NCBI GenBank assembly: GCA_964654665.1
Contig: CAZZKV010000002.1
Coordinates: forward strand, 75,119-139,118
DNA: 64,000 nt
Direction: 5' to 3'
Source: an uncultured Caulobacterales bacterium
Lineage (GTDB): Bacteria > Pseudomonadota > Alphaproteobacteria > Caulobacterales > Maricaulaceae
Positions 38,923 to 47,344 of this stretch are shown piece by piece. How positions within the stretch are numbered: position 1 is the first letter of the stretch; each line of letters opens with the position of its first letter. Position numbers and translations under genes: made by a program. Under the pieces are notes generated by a model. That model was not told where the DNA came from. It did not search any database and saw only the letters and a list, made by a program, of their open reading frames with translations.

Positions 38923-40161
38923 TTAAGATGCAGCTTTGCGCTTTTTAGTTCCGCCAAATTTTATAAAATCCTCACCAATATCAGTCGCTGGATTATGAGG
39001 AGAGTAATCAGTCATATTGGGCGTTAATGATTGTCCGGCATAAACACCACCAACAGCAGCATATTGCTCTAATTTTTGTTGTTGAACAGCGTTCATCCGT
39101 CTTAACGTCTCAATATCTTCCATAGCCGTCGAGAATTTTTCATTCAGTAGATCATATTCTGATTTTGCCCGAGCCAGTGCCTGAGCATTACGCTCAGCTT
39201 CTAATGATTTCTCGCGGAAACTCCGTTCATTACTATCATGACGCGCCCGTTCGTTTTCTAATGTAGTCCGCAAGGTACTAATTTCCTGCTCAGCATGCCC
39301 GCCCATATTATCTTTAATACGCAATTGCGTATTCATTTGATCCAATCGAGCTTTCATGGCTTGGTTTTCATCATCCCGGCGTTGCAGGCTATCTTCAAAG
39401 ACTTTCTTTTGCGCCTGTATATCATAATTCGCATTGTCTAATGCGCCATTTGTCTCAAAATATTTAGTCTTCAAGTTTTCAAATTCAGTACGTAATGTTT
39501 TCAAATCCGTAATCGCACTATCATAGGCTTGTGTCTTACTTGATAATTTCGTTCCCAGAGCATCTGCGGATTTTTGCAATTCTAAAACTTTACGGTCCTG
39601 CGCAGCCAATGTTCCGGCCTGTTTCGCAATATCAGCTTCCAAACCTTTGATGATATTTTGTGCCGCCGAAAGAGTTTCACTCCGTTCTGCAAGTTGGCTT
39701 TTAAGCTGACTAGAATGTGTCAATACTTCCGTCAGTTTTTCTTGGGATGACGCTTGGCTATCCTTGCGGGCCGAGAGTTCTGCCTGCGCGGCTTCGAGGT
39801 CACTGCGAGTTTTTTTATGTTGACGTTCAAGATTTACCAGCTTGCCTTCCTGTTCGCTGGCCCAAGCTGTTTTTTCTGACAGTTCTTTTTTCAGCTTACT
39901 GCCCTCAACCCCCAGAGCTTTATTTTCAGCTTGCAAGCGCGCCATAGCGCTCAATTCAACTTCGAGTTTGGAAATTGTATCGCCAAGTGTGTTAACACGC
40001 CGAAGGGCGGCTTGCTGTTGCTCTGCTGAAGATTTTAACTCGGCGGCAACTGTCGTTACATAACCCCGCGCTTGTTCAAGGTCTTGGGAATTCGCTGAAC
40101 CCGCCATTGATCTACGCTCTATATTAACATCGCCCCTAATAAACCTATCAAACAATCCCAT
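38923..40161 (-). CDS. cytoplasmic coiled-coil protein (412 aa), unknown function
   Basis: The ORF is almost entirely heptad-like and Q/E/K/L-rich. The N-terminus MGLFDRFIRGD resembles the amphipathic N-termini of PspA/Vipp1-type proteins. No TM. Confidence 0.7.
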   Translation of the reverse strand: MGLFDRFIRGDVNIERRSMAGSANSQDLEQARGYVTTVAAELKSSAEQQQAALRRVNTLGDTISKLEVELSAMARLQAENKALGVEGSKLKKELSEKTAWASEQEGKLVNLERQHKKTRSDLEAAQAELSARKDSQASSQEKLTEVLTHSSQLKSQLAERSETLSAAQNIIKGLEADIAKQAGTLAAQDRKVLELQKSADALGTKLSSKTQAYDSAITDLKTLRTEFENLKTKYFETNGALDNANYDIQAQKKVFEDSLQRRDDENQAMKARLDQMNTQLRIKDNMGGHAEQEISTLRTTLENERARHDSNERSFREKSLEAERNAQALARAKSEYDLLNEKFSTAMEDIETLRRMNAVQQQKLEQYAAVGGVYAGQSLTPNMTDYSPHNPATDIGEDFIKFGGTKKRKAAS

Positions 40162-40355
40162 TTGCCTATCCCCAGACTAAATTTCGACTCAAAAAGCGAA
40201 TCACTTCGTTAACGATACATTAAAATTGATCGCCGTCCAGATGATTGCAGCCGGTCGGAAAACCGCTAGAAGCCAAGGCGAATCTAAAATCCTGACTATT
40301 CAATTGTAAATCAAAACATTGACCATTAAACCCATGCTGTAAAAACGGATGCGTT

Positions 40356-40829
40356 ATGCCAAAGAAAATTTTAATATTGAATGGCCCCGGTCTTGGAAGC
40401 GCCTATTTTGCTAATAAAGGCAGCCCCGCCAATGGCTCATTTCAATCTTTACAAGATGAGTGCACACGCTGCTGCAAGCTACATGGCTTTGACATATCAT
40501 TTCATCACACTGACATTGACGACAATATCATCGATATAATCACGCATGATGCACCCAATTATGATGGTTTAATATTTAATCCTATTAATCCCGATATTGA
40601 TAATGCTGGAAAAAGACTGATGCTATATCGCCCCGCCATCAGCATGCTTTCGGCGCACAATATTACGATAATTGAAATACATATGACAAATATTGCTCGC
40701 CAAGCTGATAATTTAATATCCCCCTTTCACCAAACCCATTCATCAATTGGCTTTATCTCTGGACTAGGCGTAAAAAGTTATACCCTCGCAATCGAAGCCA
40801 TTGCACACAAACAGATGCAGAAAGCATAA
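40356..40829 (+). CDS. divergent type II 3-dehydroquinate dehydratase paralogue (probably non-canonical)
   Basis: The overall AroQ scaffold is recognisable (KILILNGPGLG, IIEIHMTNI, GFISGLGVKSYTLAIEAI). Several catalytic-region motifs are replaced (see findings). Confidence 0.6.
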   Translation: MPKKILILNGPGLGSAYFANKGSPANGSFQSLQDECTRCCKLHGFDISFHHTDIDDNIIDIITHDAPNYDGLIFNPINPDIDNAGKRLMLYRPAISMLSAHNITIIEIHMTNIARQADNLISPFHQTHSSIGFISGLGVKSYTLAIEAIAHKQMQKA

Positions 40830-41296
40830 TGGTATCACAATTTAAAATTCGAATCCTGAATGGCCCTAACTTAAACCTCCTAGGGATGCGGGAACCCGAA
40901 ATCTATGGGCATGATACCCTGGATGACATTCATAAACGCTGCCTCGATATTGGAGGTCGATATGGAGTTGATATTGATTTTTTTCAATCTAACCATGAAG
41001 GCGAAATTGTAGATTGGATTCAAGGGGCTATAGGCCATATAGACGGTATCATTATCAATGCTGCCGCTTATACCCACACATCAATTGCCATTCATGATGC
41101 GCTTCGCGCTTATGATGGAAAGACCATTGAACTCCATATTTCCAATCCACATCTGCGCGAATCTTTCCGTCATATATCCTATATCGCTATGGCCGTTGAT
41201 AGTGTCATAGCCGGTCTTGGGGTTGCCGGGTATGAGCTCGCTGTAAAAACATTATCAGAAGCTTTAACTAACCCGTCGCAAGCACCATCACCATGA
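40829..41296 (+). CDS. aroQ: type II 3-dehydroquinate dehydratase
   Basis: ILNGPNLNLLGMREPEIYG, QSNHEGEIVDWI, INAAAYTHTSIAIHDAL, ELHISNPHLRESFRH. Full consensus. TAATG overlap with the paralogue. Confidence 0.93.
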   Translation: MVSQFKIRILNGPNLNLLGMREPEIYGHDTLDDIHKRCLDIGGRYGVDIDFFQSNHEGEIVDWIQGAIGHIDGIIINAAAYTHTSIAIHDALRAYDGKTIELHISNPHLRESFRHISYIAMAVDSVIAGLGVAGYELAVKTLSEALTNPSQAPSP

Positions 41297-41319
41297 ACGG
41301 ATCACTAATCAATTGGCAC

Positions 41320-41709
41320 TTAAGTGTTAAGGCGTTTACCCAAGCCTACAAATAAACCCAAACAGATTAAAACCATTGCAAGTGAAAAAACACATTGCGG
41401 GATACCCCCAGCGCCGGGTGGACAAACCTGGCCTTGCACCAACTCTAATATGACACCGACCAAAGCCAGTAAAAAGACGGGCGTCCATCCCAAAGCAAAT
41501 AATTTGCGTGTCTTTTTTTGACGTATAAGAAGAGCGGCTATAAATATCGCACCATATCCCAAAAAGACGATTATACACGCCGGAACAGGACCAATCATCG
41601 GACATATTTCCCCGTGTTCAAGATGCGATAAAGATAACCGCGCGCCAGCGAATACACCAAACCCAGAGAGTAAGACCAGGAGAGTCTGATATATCCAACC
41701 TCGAGGCAT
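41320..41709 (-). CDS. 4-TM membrane protein with two Cys pairs
   Basis: Four hydrophobic segments. The Cys pairs are CPMIGPVPAC and CPPGAGGIPQC. No family recognised. Confidence 0.6.
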   Translation of the reverse strand: MPRGWIYQTLLVLLSGFGVFAGARLSLSHLEHGEICPMIGPVPACIIVFLGYGAIFIAALLIRQKKTRKLFALGWTPVFLLALVGVILELVQGQVCPPGAGGIPQCVFSLAMVLICLGLFVGLGKRLNT

Positions 41710-42375
41710 CTAGTTCGCTCTTTGTCGGGTCGTTAGAAGCGCAAGCCCAAAAATAATAAAATGCGTCGCATTCATCGCGACGGGAAACACATATAAACCA
41801 ATTGATGTCTTCAGGAAATACAAACCAAACATTGTCGCCAATAATACAATCGGGCTAAAGATCGCCATCCATTTTGGAAAGGCCGTTTTCCCCGATAGAA
41901 TGAGCTTAATCCAGATAATCGACACTAGGAGCATTGCGAGCCGCAAGACATTGACAAAAGGTTCGTTGTGTTCTGAAAACGTAGACAATAAAGCTGTAAT
42001 GTTCTGGCCGCTTGCGATTTCATGCACAGTTGAGGCAATGAAAAACCGCTGACCAATCCAAGCTGTCCCGACAGCAAAAGCATAAGCCCCTATGAAAAAG
42101 AAAGCTTTTGATAGGCGCGGTCCCGCAGGTTCCAGTTTTTTGGATAAAAACCAATATCCCACCATATAAAGTGGAGCTGATAATACGGATAAAAAATGCC
42201 CAAAGGATAAGCGCTGCGCAGAAATGTCATTAAAATAGAGATACTCTTTTACATCCTCAATTCCGCCATTGGGCGTAAATTGTAAAGAAAACTCTCCCAC
42301 GCCCACAAGAAAAGCTCCTAACAAACCAGCCCATCCGGCCAGTGGAAGATATTTCTCTGATAGTGTTGTTGTCAT
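41710..42375 (-). CDS. multi-pass membrane protein, unknown function
   Basis: About 6 hydrophobic segments. The start is taken at ATG 42375 (MTTTLSEKY), 13 nt after the upstream stop. Confidence 0.6.
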   Translation of the reverse strand: MTTTLSEKYLPLAGWAGLLGAFLVGVGEFSLQFTPNGGIEDVKEYLYFNDISAQRLSFGHFLSVLSAPLYMVGYWFLSKKLEPAGPRLSKAFFFIGAYAFAVGTAWIGQRFFIASTVHEIASGQNITALLSTFSEHNEPFVNVLRLAMLLVSIIWIKLILSGKTAFPKWMAIFSPIVLLATMFGLYFLKTSIGLYVFPVAMNATHFIIFGLALLTTRQRAN

Positions 42376-42388
42376 GTTATTTCCCCGT

Positions 42389-44008
42389 TCAACGCCCTGC
42401 AACCGTTATGACGGCCCCATTAGCAGGATTATTATATTCTCGGCTTTGTCCATCTTGAAAAACAACACGAATTGATGTTGCACTCACATCACGCCCTAAC
42501 CCAAAAATCAAGTCTCGCCCTTGATCAGATCCCAAACCTTGGGATGTTATGAACTGTTTGGTTTGGACTTGCCCATTACTCGTCGTAACAGTCACACGTG
42601 CATTTATTGAACTGGCCTTATTTGGCAGACGAACTTTCACCCAATTCCGGTCAGCACCCTCATTGATATATGCCAGAGAGGCCCCGTCCAAATTCGCCCA
42701 AACGAGATCGGGCCACCCATCACCATTAAAGTCCGACACAATGGGTGCGATACCAAACAGCGTGTTTTCCGCACCTGAAACTTTTTCAACAGGTTGAAAC
42801 CGGTCTCCATAGTTTTGTAAAATCTTACCCGGATAATGTTGAAGCAAATCATTAGCTGGAAAACGAGCATAGTTTTGCGCCGCCAATAAGTCTTCACGGC
42901 CATCAAGGTTCATATCTGCAAATACGGTTCCCCAACCAAACCCATATTTTGCAGCATTCATAGCATCAGCCGTATCTGTAAAGGTTAAGCCGCCGTCATT
43001 ACGAAATAACATATAGGATGGGTTAAACACATCCTCTTTTTTTAAATCTCCGCGTAAAATAGCCGGCGGAAGTGTATAACCGACATTGGAAAAATAAGCA
43101 TCCAGAAGACCGTCATTATTATAGTCCCCAATCGCAACACCCATTGGGTAGGAATAAACAGACGGATTTTCAATCGGTGCAAAGGTTAGATCACCCTTGT
43201 TTTCATACATTTCAACTTTACCTGTATCCTGAGCAATAACCAGATCACTATCCGCGTCATTATCAAGATCGGCGAAGACACCAACAAATGTATTATGTTG
43301 GCGCCATACACCCGCAGATTTCGAAATATCGCGCCACCCATCCGGGCCCGCATTTAGATATAAATGACTATAGCCACCATAGCCATCGGCAAAAATCGTC
43401 TCGCCTTCAACACGTTCAATCTTAATATAACCCGCCACATACATATCAGCGAGGCCATCTTGATTGAGGTCAGCAAAAGCAATTGAGAGCGGCGTTGTAT
43501 TATCCGCAAGGTTAAGCGGTAGTTTTTCACTCCCAAATGAACCCCCCAAATTTTCATGAAACCAAACCCCGCTTTCACGCGCCGTAAAAAGATCCGTATC
43601 TCCATCATTATCGATATCTATAGAAGCCGCACCATGGGTTGCATCAACAGCCTCTTTCGCAAAAGTAAGCAAGAGAGGTTTAAAGCCGCTATCCGTGAAT
43701 GTAAAAATTTGATCAGCCTGACGATCACCACCACCTAAAAATAATTCATCTCGTCCATCACCATCAATATCCAGAGCCGCACTCCCTAAAAATGGTAATG
43801 AATTAACCAGATCAGCTTTATGCACGAACGGTAATTCAGCTGCGGTAAAACGCAAATCCGTTTGTCCTTGCGGTGTTTTTTCAGCTTGCCAAAACCGCAA
43901 AGCCCCAAATGCACCTAAAATTAAAAAAACAATAATCCCAATCCCAATCACAAGACTACATATGATTAAAGTCCTCAGTTTTGATTGTTTTTTAGTACCG
44001 TCACGCAT
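42389..44008 (-). CDS. CRTAC1-family FG-GAP/VCBS repeat protein with ASPIC/UnbV C-terminal domain
   Basis: N-terminal TM anchor. Seven DxDxDG-type repeats (DIDGDGRDELF, DIDNDGDTDLF, DLNQDGLADMY, DLDNDADSDLV, DYNNDGLLDAY, DMNLDGREDLL, DFNGDGWPDLV). UnbV-like end is WVKVRL...GLGSDQGRDLIFGLG. Confidence 0.85.
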   Translation of the reverse strand: MRDGTKKQSKLRTLIICSLVIGIGIIVFLILGAFGALRFWQAEKTPQGQTDLRFTAAELPFVHKADLVNSLPFLGSAALDIDGDGRDELFLGGGDRQADQIFTFTDSGFKPLLLTFAKEAVDATHGAASIDIDNDGDTDLFTARESGVWFHENLGGSFGSEKLPLNLADNTTPLSIAFADLNQDGLADMYVAGYIKIERVEGETIFADGYGGYSHLYLNAGPDGWRDISKSAGVWRQHNTFVGVFADLDNDADSDLVIAQDTGKVEMYENKGDLTFAPIENPSVYSYPMGVAIGDYNNDGLLDAYFSNVGYTLPPAILRGDLKKEDVFNPSYMLFRNDGGLTFTDTADAMNAAKYGFGWGTVFADMNLDGREDLLAAQNYARFPANDLLQHYPGKILQNYGDRFQPVEKVSGAENTLFGIAPIVSDFNGDGWPDLVWANLDGASLAYINEGADRNWVKVRLPNKASSINARVTVTTSNGQVQTKQFITSQGLGSDQGRDLIFGLGRDVSATSIRVVFQDGQSREYNNPANGAVITVAGR

Positions 44009-44256
44009 GTCTCATCCCTTAATTATACTTATTGTAGGCAGCTTACACCCAAGCTCGCTCTATGCCCATGCTTAATTTATCCGGCATTACCCAAACCGAC
44101 ACTCTCGTAACCCTAAGCCGCTCTTTCTGTATTTTACCGGCTTAAACCCATCGATTCATGTTTATTTCACAACTTGGCCTCTGAATTGCAACACATTTCC
44201 CAACAAACTGAAGATGACGGCAATTGTGCCAATTCAGAACAAGAGGAAATGAGGAC

Positions 44257-45114
44257 ATGCGCAATTTACTCTTAGGTGCAGCCGCGATCGCAATGTCAGG
44301 GTGTTCTTGGCTTGGGCTTGGTAGTGGTCACAACGATTACTCAAATTACAATCAAAACACCGGCTATTATAAAGCCAATGCTGGCAAACAAGCCACCCCC
44401 GTTCATGGTGGGTGTGGTTCCGAACAATGTCTATCCCGTTGGAATATTGAAGGCGGAATAGGCCCAGCTTTCATCGTTGGCGGGACAGCCGTAACAGGGG
44501 ACGAGCTTAATGCCGGGTCTGGTGCGGAAATCCGTAACATTAAAATGAGCGATGCTTATGATACAGGTTATCGCGCTGAACTGGGTGGCTCTTACGCCCT
44601 TAACCCTAACCGTAAGGTAACGCTACAAGGGTATTTACAAGAAAATGACAGTTCTGGCGCCCTCGATTGGGGTACAATTGGTAATGAAGCCTTTACGGGG
44701 GCCTTGTCAGATTACCGAGCTTACGGCATCGAAGCTGGCCTTCGTCAATATGCTGCCCCGCGCAGGGCCCCTCTTTTAAGGTCTGTTCGCCCTTATGTTG
44801 AAGGTAAATTAGGCGCAGCCCGTGTCAGCGATATTGATATCGAAGGCGCGCAATTAGGCGGCCAAGCGTTTAACGGAGGTGTTGATGTACCTTTTTATGA
44901 AGGTGGATGGGTCCCGACAGCGGCCGGTCTGGTTGGTCTTGAAACACCGGCCTTTAAACATATGACACTCGGCCTTGAGACCGGTATTCGTTATATTGGT
45001 AAACTCGATACCGATACAACAGTTTTAAGCTCTGGCGGTGCAATTTCCGGATCCAATAATGGATCTGACAGCTGGACAATTCCAGTTACGCTGCGCGCCC
45101 GTTATCGTTTCTAG
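44257..45114 (+). CDS. outer-membrane beta-barrel lipoprotein
   Basis: Lipobox AMSG/C, alternating beta-strand pattern, and terminal ...LRARYRF (aromatic C-terminus). Confidence 0.7.
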   Translation: MRNLLLGAAAIAMSGCSWLGLGSGHNDYSNYNQNTGYYKANAGKQATPVHGGCGSEQCLSRWNIEGGIGPAFIVGGTAVTGDELNAGSGAEIRNIKMSDAYDTGYRAELGGSYALNPNRKVTLQGYLQENDSSGALDWGTIGNEAFTGALSDYRAYGIEAGLRQYAAPRRAPLLRSVRPYVEGKLGAARVSDIDIEGAQLGGQAFNGGVDVPFYEGGWVPTAAGLVGLETPAFKHMTLGLETGIRYIGKLDTDTTVLSSGGAISGSNNGSDSWTIPVTLRARYRF

Positions 45115-45162
45115 CACTCACTAAAAACCGTAATATTGCTAAACAATAATATATCAAAACCA

Positions 45163-45191
45163 AACCCCGACCAGTCCATCCGGCCGGGGTT
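45163..45191. terminator. shared hairpin between convergent OMP and TonB-dependent receptor genes
   Basis: AACCCCGACC...GGCCGGGGTT (one mismatch). It is flanked by an A/T run on the - strand side. Confidence 0.5.
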
Positions 45192-45235
45192 TAACGTATA
45201 AATCAAACGAAAACCCATAAATATGAAATTATAAC

Positions 45236-47317
45236 CTAAAATGTACCGCTTATATTCAATCGGAAAAATGGTTTGAATTTTCTCTCCCGGCTTTCAATAC
45301 GCTCTAATCGTCCAAGATCACGGCGAGCATCGAAAAAACTCCGTTCAAATCGCTCACCCGAATCCAATAAATTAAGCAAACTTGCTCTTACTTTCAGTCC
45401 CGCAATATTTTTATGTTCAAGAAAAATGATCGTAAACGGTTTTGTAAATGTAAATTGCTGCCGAGTTGTTAGGCGAAATACTTCGGCTTCGATAAAACGG
45501 TCAAAGAAAAGGCCATAGGCCCAATCCGTATTTGGAATATCATGGCGAAAATCAACGCTATAATAGGTTATTTTATCCCTATTCAACCGCCGGGCAAACC
45601 CTTGCACGGGATCATCTACCGAGGAGTCACGAAACTCTAATTGTAGATTTAATTCCGTTCCGTCTATTCCCCATTTTTCACCTTTTAATGTGGCCGTAAA
45701 ATCAACACCATATTGCGATGCTTTATCAATATTTCCAACGGCATCACCATTTATACCCACCGGAATACGGTCAACAATATCAGAAATTAACGAACCATAA
45801 AAGCGGGCCTTAAATGTATTGCCCTGCCCAAAATCCTTGTCGAATTCCAATTCGCCAGCCCAGCTTTGTTGCGGCACCAGATCCGGATTACCCGTCTGGT
45901 CAAGATTGTCAGTCAAATTGACAGTTGAGATAAAATCAAAGAAATTAAGCTGGCCTACCTCTCGTTCAATCCGGCTTCGAACAGAAAAACTGTCATCAAC
46001 CTTATAGGTCGCAGCCAGAAAACCTTTAGGTCGAAAAAACTCGCGTTCATTCACAACAGAACTCGCAGCACTCACCTGAGTCAGTTTGGAATATTCTCCG
46101 CCCAAAGAGGCCTGTAAATCCCATTTTGATGATAAGGCCCGGCTATGGGTAATTGTTAATTCTGCCCTATCTTCGGAAACTTCCGATTGTTCAGGATCAT
46201 CCCCAATGAAATCGCCATTATTATCCCGTTCAACGAATTGATTTTCAATATCCAAAACATTAAAAGCTCCCTCTAAACCAATTTGCCAGTCACGCCCTTC
46301 AGACGCCGACCAGGAATATTCGGTTCGGATAATACTCTCGGTTTCATCGGATGATTGTAAGAACCGGCTATTATCTATAGATTGACCCGCTTCAAATATT
46401 TCAAACTGCCCCACTGTCGGAGAGTGTTCAAATTGATAAAGCCCAATAACCTTGAGCTTGCCGTTTAAAAAGGGGAATTGGTAATCTCCGCTGATTTCTG
46501 TATTCCATTCATCTTCCGAATTTGTAAAAATTGCTTCCCTGTTTTGACCAGCTTCAGTTATGGCTGTTCGACGCGAAATTTCGCGTCCATTAAAATTAAA
46601 TAAATTAAACTCAGCATTCACATTAGCGATATGATCAGCTTTGGGTTTATAGGTCAGGTTAATGGAGGCTCCCGGACGATCACCGTTATTGCGGCCATCT
46701 TCTTCGCGGGTTTCAAAAACAATTCCTAACGAATCAGTTAATATTTCAGGTCCTCGGGCTCCGGACCGGAAAGACGAATCGCGAAGCTCTAAAGAATAGG
46801 CTAAATTTCCCGTTTCGCCAGAAAGCGCTACTTCGTAATTTGCAAAATTGGCTTCCAAGTTTTGACGCCATTGCGGACGCCACTCCCATGTCCCTGATAT
46901 ACCGTCAGTTTGTGTTGTTATATTGGCTACTTGTCCGGATAATCCTGGAATATCTAATGAAGCACCGTCGACAATTTCAATTTTTACAACGTTACCAGCC
47001 GTAATGCGGCCTAGTTGATCGAAAGGGTCAGATTTTCCTGTCAACCGTTCCCCGTTAATTAATACATTAGCGCCGCCCTGCCCTAGACCGCGCCTGTCAT
47101 CACTTGAATTAATTTGAAATCCCGGAATGCGCGCAATCATATCGAGCGCCGTTCGCGGGGCATAGCGTTCAAAATACACAGGCTCATATATATTCGAACG
47201 AGCCCGTATAGGCTCATCAACCGTTATACCATTTTGCGCCATAGCTATTAATGGAGTTGAAAATAGCGTAAAGGATATCGCAACCGCGCGAACCGGTTTT
47301 AAAATATTATAAATCAT
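45236..47317 (-). CDS. TonB-dependent outer-membrane receptor
   Basis: Signal peptide, plug domain (GQGGANVLINGERL), a long beta-barrel, and a terminal ...NISGTF. Confidence 0.88.
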   Translation of the reverse strand: MIYNILKPVRAVAISFTLFSTPLIAMAQNGITVDEPIRARSNIYEPVYFERYAPRTALDMIARIPGFQINSSDDRRGLGQGGANVLINGERLTGKSDPFDQLGRITAGNVVKIEIVDGASLDIPGLSGQVANITTQTDGISGTWEWRPQWRQNLEANFANYEVALSGETGNLAYSLELRDSSFRSGARGPEILTDSLGIVFETREEDGRNNGDRPGASINLTYKPKADHIANVNAEFNLFNFNGREISRRTAITEAGQNREAIFTNSEDEWNTEISGDYQFPFLNGKLKVIGLYQFEHSPTVGQFEIFEAGQSIDNSRFLQSSDETESIIRTEYSWSASEGRDWQIGLEGAFNVLDIENQFVERDNNGDFIGDDPEQSEVSEDRAELTITHSRALSSKWDLQASLGGEYSKLTQVSAASSVVNEREFFRPKGFLAATYKVDDSFSVRSRIEREVGQLNFFDFISTVNLTDNLDQTGNPDLVPQQSWAGELEFDKDFGQGNTFKARFYGSLISDIVDRIPVGINGDAVGNIDKASQYGVDFTATLKGEKWGIDGTELNLQLEFRDSSVDDPVQGFARRLNRDKITYYSVDFRHDIPNTDWAYGLFFDRFIEAEVFRLTTRQQFTFTKPFTIIFLEHKNIAGLKVRASLLNLLDSGERFERSFFDARRDLGRLERIESRERKFKPFFRLNISGTF

Positions 47318-47344
47318 GATTGCGTTTTGCGGCCCTGTCTCAAT

